A stretch of 64,000 nt of DNA, taken from positions 310,001 to 374,000 of the forward strand of contig JAYWIR010000071.1 of NCBI GenBank assembly GCA_036172245.1, in the 5' to 3' direction. Made by a program: the position numbers and the translations under genes. This DNA comes from Raillietiella orientalis. Its lineage: Eukaryota. Positions 13,791-25,899 of the stretch are shown here, piece after piece. Position 1 is the stretch's first letter. Every line of letters begins with the position of its first letter. The notes beneath the pieces were generated by a model. The model was not told the DNA's origin. It saw only the letters and a program-made list of their open reading frames with translations, and did not search any database.

Positions 13791-16700
13791 CTGAATGGCG
13801 ACTTGTGTTTGCTATAGCAGCTTGTCCGGTAGCTGCTCACAGGTCACTGAAAATGCTGATACAGCGTACTCTCGTCACTTTTCTTTTTCACCGTATGAGC
13901 AACTTGTTTGAAAAATTGGCACATCCTGAGGCTGCGCCTCGGGACTGCCTCTTCGTTGTGAGCTTTTATGTGAATATCGTTGAAGCAAGTGGCTCTACTG
14001 AGATCCTAACACCTGAGAAGAGGAAAAATTTCTGCAATCTCGATTAGGGAAGCACATATCGAGCTGATATTAGGAGTCAGTTGACTCTTCAAAAGCTGTT
14101 CGGTCCCTGCTGCTTTATTGGTACTAAATACACGATTCCAATTGGGACTTCAGAGGGAGTTATTACCTCTACTGGAGTTGCACTAAAATGTTGCTTTTGA
14201 TGTCAGTGTTGTCCAGATAGTATTAAAAACTGCTTGACCGGATTTACGTTTTGCGAAGAAATTGCGAGGCTCATAACCTCAATAGAAACGAAACAGAAAG
14301 TGGTTTTTCATTTTGAGTATATTCTGCAGAAATGTTTGCAAATATTTTTTTTAAAAGAGCTAGCGAGAGCTCATGCTGCCTTACCGGCTGCATCCAATAT
14401 GCTGATGACTGGACATTCCTTTTGGAGTCGGTTCGATCGGAGAGTTTCAGCTGTCTCCCGGAACAAGAGTTACGAACGGAAGACCCACAATGTAAACGGC
14501 CTGGAAACCAGAAATACAACAGAGCCAAATATAGAAAGCCATGGAGGTGCTGCTGTTGAAAAGTCTGTGGGAAAATTCCTGGAGGGAGCTGGGGCGTCAG
14601 CAAATCAATGTGGCATTCCTTTAGGAATCCCAACATCCTTCGAAAATGTACCTTGTTTTTAGAGATGCCAAGTTCTAATAAAGACTGGACTCCGGTTTTT
14701 CTAAGAAGTTTAAGGCTGCTAACCGAGCTCTGGGCACCAATCATTTAGTAGCAGAAAGTACTGCGACAGAAAAGGAACCATATACAGTTGAGGAGACAAG
14801 CATTCGTGTTGCTTGTACGGAAACTATGAGAATAATGCTGATATAGTTTCTGTGCCAGATAAAGTATTAACGGAAATGTTATTGCTGATTAACGCAGTGA
14901 TTAGGTGTATCAAATTTGTGCCGGTCAGAGTTAGAAAATAAAATCTAGTACATTCGCTCCTCGATTTAAAAGAAAGCCGACGAATGGAATATTCATCCGT
15001 AACTATTCGTTCAACTCTTTGAAAATGAAAGAATCAGAGCAACCACAATGCTGGAGGCAACTTAGACCACGATGGGAGAAGACCATTTCGTCTCTGAACT
15101 CGCGAAGCTCTGTTCTATTCATGTATCATGAGAATCGTCTGTAGGTGATACACTATCAACTGTTAGCTCTAAAAAAGGATCTGCGTTAATCTGCATACAC
15201 TGATTATTGGCACCCAATGTTTTCTACATCATGAAATAATGATTGCAAAAGCAATAGCTTCGAAACAAAGAAATTCCCCAAACAAAATGAAGAAAACGTT
15301 GGATTCCATCAAGGACAAATCGCTCGTGGACATGTGCAGAGGATGTATGGTTACGGAGATGCGACCCTGGCTTCATCTTACATGGTGAAAGAAGGTGGCT
15401 CTCCAGAGGCCACCTGTTGCGTGATGTTCTCCCGACACAAACGAAGTAATGGTAGCATGTTTTGATCTCAGGAAAAAGAATCGCTGCTGCTGCAATCTCC
15501 AAACACCACGTTATTGGGTACCAGTTTTCTTAGCTGGTATGCTTGAGGATTTCAGAGGTGAATATAGTTCAGTTTTCAGGACCGCAACTAAAATGTGCGA
15601 CTTCATGAGAAATTAAAACACAGGATGAGAATTTGGAAGATCGAAGGGTACGAAAGTAATATGAATTTGTTTCCCAGAGCTGCTAAGAAGGAAAATACAC
15701 ACAAAAGGATGGAAATAGGGATTTCAGTTAAGGATCGGTATTTGTCAGATATCTCTTTTGATTGTTCTTATGATTGGTGAAGAAATCAGCTTAAATATGC
15801 ATTTGAAAAACTGAACTTTGGTCTTACAGAGGAGGTAACTGAGGTAACTGAAACTCACAGAGATTGTTGGCTGAGATTAAAAGAAAAATAACCCACAGAA
15901 CCTTCGGAATACCAGTTAAAAGTAATAATACCATCTCTGTATTTCGCAGTCGCAGTCAGCTTAAAGTATTACACAGTTTTCACGTTAGGGTGAATTGGCC
16001 GCCTTTGCATTTGTCGATATTTGAATACGATAAGGAATCACAGACTACAGTTAGTTGAAGGTGAAGTGCAATTGGTAAATGTACAAATTGTCAGTTGGCG
16101 TCATGCTTTGTTTCGAAGCTGTTGCCTTTGCAATCGTCAAATCTGCAATGGTGTACTTTTCTTTAAAAAAAACACATCAAAAGACCTTCTGTTAGATGTT
16201 TTTCTTCTTTTAATGTCTTATTATTATTATATGACTACGATGCATGTTTTTAGGAGCCTTCTATTTATTGTTTCGGAGCCACGAGTCCACTACTGAATTA
16301 ATAGACACTGAAATCGTGGGAAAGCACTTTGTAGTGTTTGAATAGCTGGGCATTTCTTGTGCTGAACTTTTTTCATATTTTTCCAAATTTTCCAAGTATC
16401 CAAATAAAATCTCCACATCCTATGTCAAGCTCCTTTATTAACATAGGTTAAAGAAACCGAAAATTAATTGCAAGATTCACGAAAAGGAGCCCATGCGAGG
16501 AATCATCGATCTGGAAGCAAATGGGAAAATTCCTCAGGGAAACCGCTGGGAAAATAATCATCTATTAGGTTTCTGCAAAGAAGGTTCAATCGTCTCAGAG
16601 CAGCCACGCATTAACAGAGAAAAAAGCATTATCGGTTTCCGATATTCCACATGAAATGAAAATGCGAATTAAGAAAAATTGTTCTGCAAAGATCACTCCT

Positions 16701-17160
16701 CAGTGAAATGGATCCGTTTTAAAGGAATCTTCATATGTGCCCGAATATATGAAATGGACAGCACGTACTTTTCCTTCCTGAGCTTCTGTCGATGCTACCT
16801 TGATATTTTTTCTGCAAAGTATGAAAAAGTTCAGAATTTTGCAGCAATTCTTTCGTTTTTTTTATCACATCGAGCAGTGTTTTTCCTGTTAAAAATGTTT
16901 TTCAAATTTTTTTTTTTTCCATGGAACTGTCGGGTGATTATCTTGGCACAATTGCGTTGTTTTGCTCATCTCGGAGGAATGAATTCTCATAAAGAGCTGC
17001 GTTGTCCACAGTGAAAGTGAGAAGTGAATGAAAGCCTTGGTGTTCGTGTTGTGTTGCACACATGCTTCTTTTTTCAAAGTGCCTGTTTTGGAAAGTTATT
17101 AAAGTTATTATGTTTTCTTCGTTGGTGCGAGCAGCGCAATATCTTAATATTTTTCGTTAG

Positions 17161-18379
17161 CAAAGCAATAAAAGTGTGGCGACATCTAAATATAGTGGAA
17201 GATGTCCAAGGTCTCTTGAAGAGAGCACTTTATGAGATGAGAAATCGCGTTTGGAGCTTTTCTAAATACGGTGGCAGTTATGATTTTAAGATCGCATTGC
17301 TGTAAAGCAGATTGTGAGAAGGTTCAAAAGTCTTCCACATCCTCGCATCAGGATGTTTCCATCAGGTATTCCATCAAGTTTCATTTTAAGGTCTGTGCAC
17401 GGTGTCGACTCCGTTCTCGTTCACTTCCGTCTATCCCGACGCTCGTTTCTAATTACAAAAATCAAAAAGCCATTTCCTGCAGCGAATGGGAGATTTCCCG
17501 AAATTAGGGAATTTCTCGCCCTACTCCGCTACTGCCCTGCTTTCCCGGTTGTGAAGTGCAAAACCCCTATTTGCTCGAAGAGAAGGGTGCAAGCGCATGT
17601 GGCTTCGAGGGGAGCCGGGCTTCTTCCACCGCTGCAGTGCTTTCCTGTTTCTGCTCCTCAAAGCCAAAGTGAAATTTCTGGAACGGTTGCATCTGACGTA
17701 TTTTGACATAGGTTTCCTGAGGGTTTGGTTGCCGGAAAAGGAATACTCCGGAACGGTTTCAAAGGTATATTACAAGGCAGCAGTTATGCTTGCCGTAGTG
17801 CCAAGATGGCGGTTTGATTTCCAAGGAAATGTACGTAATTTTCTCGAGCCAAGTTCGCCCTTGACAGAGATTGAAACGGATTTTCAATTTGAAAAGCAGA
17901 GCCTCCCCTCTGCACCGTGAAGCATTCTGTTCCATGTTGTACGTTTTTTTGATTTTTTCTCCCCATTTTGGTAGATGTACCAGGTCCAGCAGGACACCTA
18001 GAAAACTTGGGAAAGGTCGGAATTCCGTGGATGCAACAACTAGTGGCGAGTTCCGTTCTGCACAGGTATGAAAGAGTGAATCTCCATGCCTCATGTGCAT
18101 TGAAACCCCACGCAGATGAAAAATCACAAAGTGACTGACCTCAGTGGGACTTCAGATGTTGATGCAGCTGGAGCAGCCTCCACGAACTCGCCAGCGAATA
18201 AGAGACAGCCGCACAACAATGCTTCAGGGAGTGCAGGCCAGCTTTCAGTTGACATGGAGTCAGACTCCAGGAAACTTAGACCTGCCAGCTGGACATACCT
18301 GCAGAATGAGTCGGTGGAAATAAACCGTTGCGTTTGGAATTTTTCTTCATTGGAGCAGTGTGCGAACAGAAAAGTATAG
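17161..18379 (+). CDS. Candidate spliced gene of unknown function (best-supported exons 17712-17916, 17975-18065, 18116-18379; further upstream exons likely)
   Basis: Three consecutive open segments join in phase across short GT-AG introns (GFLRVWLPEKEY...SLPSAP|CTRSS...RSAQ|MKNHK...NRKV*). Upstream exon-like pieces lie at about 17161-17270 and 17508-17668. No family recognised. Confidence 0.4.
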
Positions 18380-19799
18380 TAAGTGTGCATTTGGATGTTT
18401 GATTGAAAAGGATCTCAAGTGCAAAGTAACATGAAACTCAAGGAATGGAAATACATAACGGAAATACGTGGAAAGATCACAATGAATAAATTTGCTCAAA
18501 TGAACCTATTTCTAGTAATAGCCTAGTTAATGTTTTTCTTGAGTTGTTGCTGAAGCACAAAGTTGTCAAAAATGCCAAACTGCATTTGTGTAGATTGTTT
18601 GCTGTTCAAATTCTGCATCCATTCTTGATAAACTAGATTTATCATAGTCTTTAAGAAATCCAAAATTGCAAAATTTGTTTGTTCCAACAAATTATTGAAA
18701 TTACCAGTAATGATCATCTGTGTAAGGTGATGCTTCTATTCTTGAATTAAACCACAACTTGAGAACCTCTACTGCAATAATTTCACCAAGTTAATTAATT
18801 GATCAAACAAAACAGCAGCATTAAAAAAAAAAAAGTCCAGAGGAAGTAAGTTGTGGTTATTGCCTGCTATCAGTAGAATCCTGTAGCCGAAAATGAACTG
18901 CTATACTACTTTATCAATAACATTTTGATTTCAAGAACCAGAGCAATTTGATTGCACCTCGAAACTTCCTTTACTTTCAAGATTATCCAATGGTCTAATT
19001 TTTATAAATACTAACTTACATATAAGGGCAAATTGAATGGCTGTTCGATCTCTGGAATACTATTTCCGTAAAAAAAGTGCTTGAATGAAATGATGACTTA
19101 TCATAGTATGTTTGTGTTTCTATGAGCAACAGTGCTTCAGATTATCCTTCTTTTTGAAACTAGATTAATTTGTATGTTTATTAGTTTGTGTGTTTATGAG
19201 TTTCTGGATTCTTAAGCTAAATATTTTAACATATACATAATCTACATTTATTAGGTAATTTTCTTTTTGGCCGCAGTTGCTGGAAATGTGTTCAGATTTT
19301 CAACTGTTTTCCTATGTTGATTGTCTTTTTGAATTGCGTGTTCGGTTAAGACTGGAAACCCGATAATTCTTGTTTGTCTTTGTAATGCTTGAATTCGATG
19401 AATGAAAAACTTCATATCTCAAGGCAATTAATAATAAGTAAACTAACAGGTTTATCTTTTTTTTCAAACATCCAAGGTAGCCTTGGGGCTTTGAACTGGT
19501 GAAATTTAGTGTTGAGCAGTAAAAGCAGTGTCACAGCCAAGAGAGTATTATTTGAAGTTCGAATTTTCATCAATTGCAATACATCTAACCTTCTGGAATG
19601 TGAAATTTGGAGTAGTGTCTCGAGAGCGTGAATGTTTATCCTTGACAAATATCCCTCGGTTTTATGATTTAAAGTGACACATCCACATTAGTATATTGTA
19701 ACGTAAAAATTCGAAGTTGCATTAGTTTTCTGTTGAGTTATTGATAGCATTCCCGTATGCTGCATGCAGAAACATGTAACGTGTATCCACCATAATCCG

Positions 19800-20910
19800 T
19801 TTGAAAGGCTCTTTTCTCTTGCAAGATGGGAGCAAGTTGGTGCCCGTCATGTAATCGCTGTTGGCTATCCTCGAGCACATTGAAAACATTCTATGGTGTG
19901 ATATCTGCCGAAAGTCTAAGGGGAATCAGACTCTCAAGTGTGCATGAGCGTGTAGCAGAACATGGTTTTCGGAAGAGTTTTGACTGACAGTACTGCTTCG
20001 TGCCGATTCATCGGCTGACTTTTGCAAGCAAAACCTCACGGGTCTTTAAGAAATGGCAGACGCATTTCTTCATTCAGAAAACGAGCGGTTGCGTTGCGCG
20101 AGTTCGTCAGATTGATAACCGACGGGCAGTGGCAACTCGTCATGGTGCATCCACGAAGAATGGAAGGAATCCGTCTGGGCCAGCGGTGGCCTTTTTTTTT
20201 TTTTTCTTCCTGCTTTTGTTTGGTGTACAGTATTTGTTTTCCGTATTTGCGTAAGGGTGCAATTTGGCGTGGCCTAACCGAAAGTGAAGCAACAAAGAGA
20301 TGGTCAACACAGCGCTTTCAAATAGAATGGTGGCCAAATTGTTGCATGGCCTGCAGCCGAAAACAGGGCGGTTGACCATGGGTGAATTCGATGAAGAGCG
20401 CTTCAGATCTCGAACGGAATAATTTTTGAACACTTTGAGGTAACAGTGATTCCACGCGAGGACGGAAGATGGACATTCCTAGAAGCAGTTTCCAAGGGCT
20501 TTCTCCGGATCAAAAGTGGAATCATTGATTTGACAGTTAGCAGTAGTACATGAAAGTGCGAAATCGATCAGTAATGTATCGATCAGTTCACTGATTCCAC
20601 CTTTGCCTTGCTTTTTCCCTGAAACAAGAACAGTTGCATGCAAATCAGTAGGAGTAACCGTTACGAAGAGTCTGAATGTGGTGGAACAGTTCCTTTCCCA
20701 TTTGCCCACGGAAGCAAGCAGTCCTTGCCCGACCATGCTGGTACTCGGCTTGTCTCCAAGCACCAGCATGGTGAGGTTTCGCATCTTCGCATCTGCTCAG
20801 AGCAAGAACAAAGTGGAGCCCACTGAGCGGGTTATACGTCTTTGGGGCGAAGCATCTATGAGCTGGATTGATTCACGCTGGGTGTTTGCACGCATTAAGT
20901 GTGCCAACTT
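19800..20910 (-). mobile_element. Decayed RTE-like non-LTR endonuclease remnant
   Basis: Degenerate APE-type motifs in order (LEVGTLN, GQGLL, FVTVTPTD, LLIDFALS..N....TF), interrupted by stops. Confidence 0.3.
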
Positions 20911-21677
20911 CTAAAGAGTAAAGGAACTAAAAATATCGAAACCAATGAAAACTTTTCGTTCGTTTTTGATGCATCTTTGTTAATCTGTTCTTATTTTTAG
21001 TTCTTTTGTATCACCATCCCAGTGCATTCTTATATGTGGTCTCCACCATTCGGGATGTATCATCCGTTTTTTTTTTTCTTCCGAAAATTTCTCAACCGTC
21101 ACTTTGTTTGAGTGTTTTGTCCTCAGTGCTGTCACGCAGAAGTCGACGAGAAGTGTTCAGTTTGCGAGGAAACTTCGGGACGGTGGAACGAGTCCACACT
21201 CATGTAAATTCGTCTCCACTCGAGACCGCCTCTGCAGTCGTTGGTTGCTTTGGTCATACATTTCCTGTTGGTTATCGTGATTTGCGAGTACTGTCCTTTT
21301 TTTTTTTTTTTTTTGATTTGTACCTCTATTGAAATGAACACTTCACATTGAAGTTAGAGCTAATTTACCCAACACTCGATGGTCGGAACAGGAACTGGTT
21401 TCGTTTTCCTTTGGCTTCAAGTAGTAGTCGTAGAGTGCTTGGTGCCTTCTTTAATTGCTTCAGTTCAGATAACATTTGGGCTGGAAAATAGCTTACAAGA
21501 ATACAAGTTAGGGAATTCTACCATAAGGAGAGCTGGTCAAATAGACTTTTGTTAATATTTAGTTTGAGTATGCAAGATATGCTTTTTATCGTTGCACATT
21601 CCGTATAAGCTTTGTAATCTGCAGCCTAAAGAGACGCTCACTTTTCATTAATTTGATGTTGAATTTTTTCGTTTCAG

Positions 21678-24344
21678 TCATTTCGAGATTTCACCAAAGA
21701 CAGATTATACATATGCCCGGAGTCTTTCTTACAGGTCTCAGGTCACACCCGAAAGGATAATTGTCCCACCAAATATGTCTAGATACAGTTTAAGGTCCTA
21801 TGGAGACAACGCCATTAGCACCACCTCATATCATAGTATGTATATCTGGGTAAGACTGTTGCTCTCCAGATTTCTTACTTAGGTTCCGAGTTGAGAACTA
21901 AAATCAGTGCCATCATATCCGATTCTGTTGAGAATGCCCACCTGACTTCTACCCCATTGGTTTCTCGAGGTATATTTCTTCCTTGTCCATAGCAATTCTG
22001 AGACTTTCATTATTACCATGATTTGTAAAAAACTGCGTTGGGCCTTCTACAGACTAGATATTTCGATTGACATCCCAAATTTCATAAAGTACGGTCACTA
22101 ATTACACCTTCTCTCCGTTTTCTTAGCCAGAAAACGCGAAAGTTCAGTCAAAAATGATGATCACCATCAGCATCTCACCGATGTTTCTTTGTTACGCAAA
22201 GAAAATTGTAAAAACTGTAATGTCGTGCTAGAATCAATGCATTCAAGAATAGCAGCTGGTCAGGACATCAGTGCTGTTGATGTGTTGCAGAGGCGGAATC
22301 CCATGATCTGGAACCAAGACAGTGTTAGTAGCCTTACCATAATGTGCTAATTATAGCAAAACTAAACAGGAACAAAGGATGCTTTCAACCAGAACTTGAC
22401 ATACCACAACTCTGCACTGAGCAGCAGTGTGCTGCTTTCCCAGAGAGAGGGCAGAACAAAGGGAGTGTTGGTTGATGGTGTTCATGGAGTACGAGATCTA
22501 TGGCTCCATAGAATCAAACGTTTGTGGTCTTATGACTGGTTTAAGAACTTTGGTGTTCATGCTTCAAGCCCACATGCTGCTTCCACAAAGAAATGGAGGA
22601 ATGCTCGCAAATGTTTAATGGTGTTGCTGATACTGCTGGCCATCTGGGGTCAGTGAAATCCTCAGAGAGGGAAGTGTGATTATCGTGAATTTCCGAAGGC
22701 TTGTGCCAGTTTTGGGAAGTCTTATCTGGGATGGGAGCTTCTTTGCTTGCCTGGCTGATGCCCCTCAATCTCGTGGCAAAGGACAAGGTGAGTAAAGAAT
22801 GCCCTGCATAATGATGGTGTAACACTGCATAGCAGCCTTTGTTTCACATGTCAAGTACCATCTCCTCCTTCTATTCGAGATTGCAAGGGCTGCTGGTTAA
22901 CCTAAGCATGTTGCCATATCAGGTGAGTAGTTGAATGCCTCTGTTAATAGTCAGCACTTTCCCATTTTTCTGCATACCAACAGGATGGAGGTGGAGGTAA
23001 TGAGAACTTCTTGCTGTCTGCCAGCGAGCACCGCCATCTTCTGGAAATCCTGGTAGCAGAACTGAGAAGCTTGCAGCAGGCTGTTGAGGAACTGAAGGTC
23101 AGCCAGGGAGACAGAAGTTCAGGTCATTGTCTGGTTCACTTGTAGGGGCAGGCACTAGCATCACCATGTGCAATTCCCATCTACTGCTACAATAGCTCAC
23201 TGCTTCTGTGTCCATCAGACAAGGGTCAAAGCAGAAGTGAACTATCTGAGATTCGCGAGAAGCTACTAAACACTGATGCTACATCAGATGACCTGCGTGT
23301 CTGGCTGAAGGAGAAGTATCCTCTGTGTGAGTTGGTGGAGGTCAGTGGCATGGGTTGCAAGCACCTACCAGCAACAGTGGGAGCACCTGGTATGTAGGGC
23401 TATTCTGGAGAGCTGAGTGGTAAGGGGGAAGGGACAGCTCATCAGGCAGCTGCACCAGATGTGGTTTCCACCAGTCTTGTTGACCAGCTCTTGTCAGATC
23501 CCCGATGGCTGGCTGCTGTTCGACCATGCCTTGGTAGTGATGAGACATGGAAGTTGATTCAGGAAGCTCTGGACAAGTATGATGCTGACAAGACAGGACT
23601 GCCAGATTTTGCTCTGGAGTCTGCTGGGGGCTCTGTGTTGTCCACACGCTGCTCGGAAACCTACCACAGCAAGAATGCTGTGCTCAAGGTACTGGGTTTC
23701 CCCATCAAGTACATCAGCAAGACACCACGGGTGGTAATCCAGGTGATTCCCATTTTCCTGTACTCTTTTTTCACTGCATCATGTCCATTTCCAGCCTAGT
23801 GTGCATCCCGGTGAGTGCTGGCCTTTCCGTGGTTCTTCTGGATACTTGGTCATCCAGCTGGCTGATACTGTCTGGATCACAGGTTTCACCATGGAGCACA
23901 TCTCTGTCCTGGTTGCGCCTAGGCACCCAAACTCAGCACCAAAGAGGTTCTCTGTGCTGGTGTGTGTTGCATGTTGCCTCCAGGCAGCTTGCTAACTTTC
24001 TAACTCCTTTTCCTTTTCAGGGCCTGACCTCAGAAGACGACCCAGAAGGCTTTCTCTTTGGAGAGTACGAGTATGTTGTTGGCAAGAGGGCACTCCAGTA
24101 CTTCCCTGTTCAGGTATCCTCCTTCCCCCGTAGCTTGCGAGTTCTTGGCGAGCGATGTGCTTTGCAGAATTTCCCAGCAGTTCCTTTTTCTATTGTGGAA
24201 CTGCAAGTGCACTCAAACCACGGTCACCCAGATTACACCTGCCTGTACCGGTTCAGGGTGCATGGGAAGCTGCATCTCCCAAGTGAAAACAACCCTTCCC
24301 CGGTGACAGCGATGACAGACGGTCCGGAGGTTGACCTCGGCTGA
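21678..24344 (+). CDS. SUN-domain inner nuclear membrane protein, SUN1/UNC-84-like (first exon not resolved)
   Basis: Exon 21678-21835 encodes DYTYARSLSY...PPNMSRYSLR, the SUN1/UNC-84 N-terminal motif. A hydrophobic LMVLLILLAIWG lies near 22620. The spliced C-terminal SUN domain reads YDADKTGLPDFALESAGGSV...PRVVIQ|PSVHPGECWPFRGSSG...TMEHI...SAPKRFSV|GL...LQYFPVQ|...VELQVHSNHGHPDYTCLYRFRVHG, with the stop at 24344. Confidence 0.93.
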
Positions 24345-25899
24345 TTGTCTCCTTACCGACTTTCAACCCTACTTAGTGCGGTTATTGCGATTGAGTGAAA
24401 ACTTGGCTATGACCACCTCTGTGCACAAATTTTACGATGAATAAAAGGAGAATTCTGACTTCATCAGGCGAGGAATGTCTGGTGGCCAAGTGGGAGGGGT
24501 GCCTCACCTACATTTGTCCGGCGAACTTCAGGCAGGCGAGAAAGCACCTCTGCAGTGGACGGAGCCCCTCCAGCACCGGATCGCGTCGATTGCGGCCGAG
24601 AGGTGAAGCCGTTGTTTCGGGCGTCCCCCCCCCCCCGTTTTCGCTGCGCAACAGCCTATGCAGAACGTCTCTGTCAATAAGAGAGAAGTGTTGACACTTA
24701 GCGAGTATTATAATCTCTTAGCGAAGCAAAGGCTCTTGAAAATTAGGACGAGCGGGGAGATCGATGTGATGCGCCCAGGAAACTTATGTGACCTAGTCGG
24801 CACCATCTGATTTCCTGGTGGACTTTAGGCGATTTGGAGAGTGAATCTGTTTTTTTCCATTGAAAGCCTGCTTCCGTAGGGGCATGCCGCGGCATTGGCA
24901 CGACGTGTTTCTGTGAAACGTTGAGTTCTCGCTCAGCGTCCCATTCACCGTAAACAAAGTAAAACAAAAGGGATATATCATCAGGTTCGCAGCTGCTTGC
25001 ACGGAAAAGGGAGGTTGCATTCGAAGATCTATTTTTTTTTTAATCCAACCTCATTGGATACCGCATCCCACATTGCGTAGTCGAGGGGACTCTAGTGAGG
25101 CCGCCGGTGCCCAGCCGTCTTTTACGAACGTGCAACAAGATTGTGAGAAGTGCTTTGAAGATGCTATGGAGGTATTGTTTCCAACTGGAATTCAGAGAGC
25201 TTCGCAGGAAGTCACAAAAGGATTGCTGGACGGCTCCAAATTTTGCTTTCCAGTGATGCCTATGCCCCTTCCTGTTTTCCAGAATGCCAAATCCTGAGAG
25301 CGTGCCGATTGAAATCGACAGCGTGTAAACCTCGGAGGAGCGGAAACGCGCCGAGCTCGGAAAACTTGTGGGGTCTGCACTGCCCATGTGGGCTGAGACG
25401 CGCCTTCTTAGAGCGACAGCAGTAAATAACACACCAGGCCTGTGACGTCGCCAGGACATGGGGCGCTTTTATGTGACTGATGAGAAGTCGGACTTCCAGA
25501 AGCCACCTTCCTGCTTCTTGCTGGGGTCCCTGCTGAAGAAGATCCCCCCGCTCTGACTCCGCTCTGACGTGGAAGCTGTGACTTCCAGTTCGCGTGCTCG
25601 TGGCACCCTAGAATCGAGCATTCCCCTTGGAGCAGTCCAGAGCAAGGGCTGATGTGAGTGCGTACGAAAACAGTTGTCACTTCAAGCACAAAAATCGGAA
25701 GCGACGGATGAACTAATTGGTTACTGATAGCAGCAGTCGCTAAAACGGTGTTTGCATTAACTATTCTCTTTACTGGTTATTGTGTCTAAATCGATTACAA
25801 TGATCACCAGATTTCCTCCAGACATCTGGAAGTCTGGAGGAAATTTCATTCCTTCATTACCGTACCAATTCTTTCTCTGCAGCAGCATTCGGTGTGCAC

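Noticed and set aside
14100..14560. Group II intron or other RT suggested by IQYADDW and GTSEGVITS
   Set aside because: Isolated motifs in different frames with stops and no other RT domains; at most an unclassifiable remnant.
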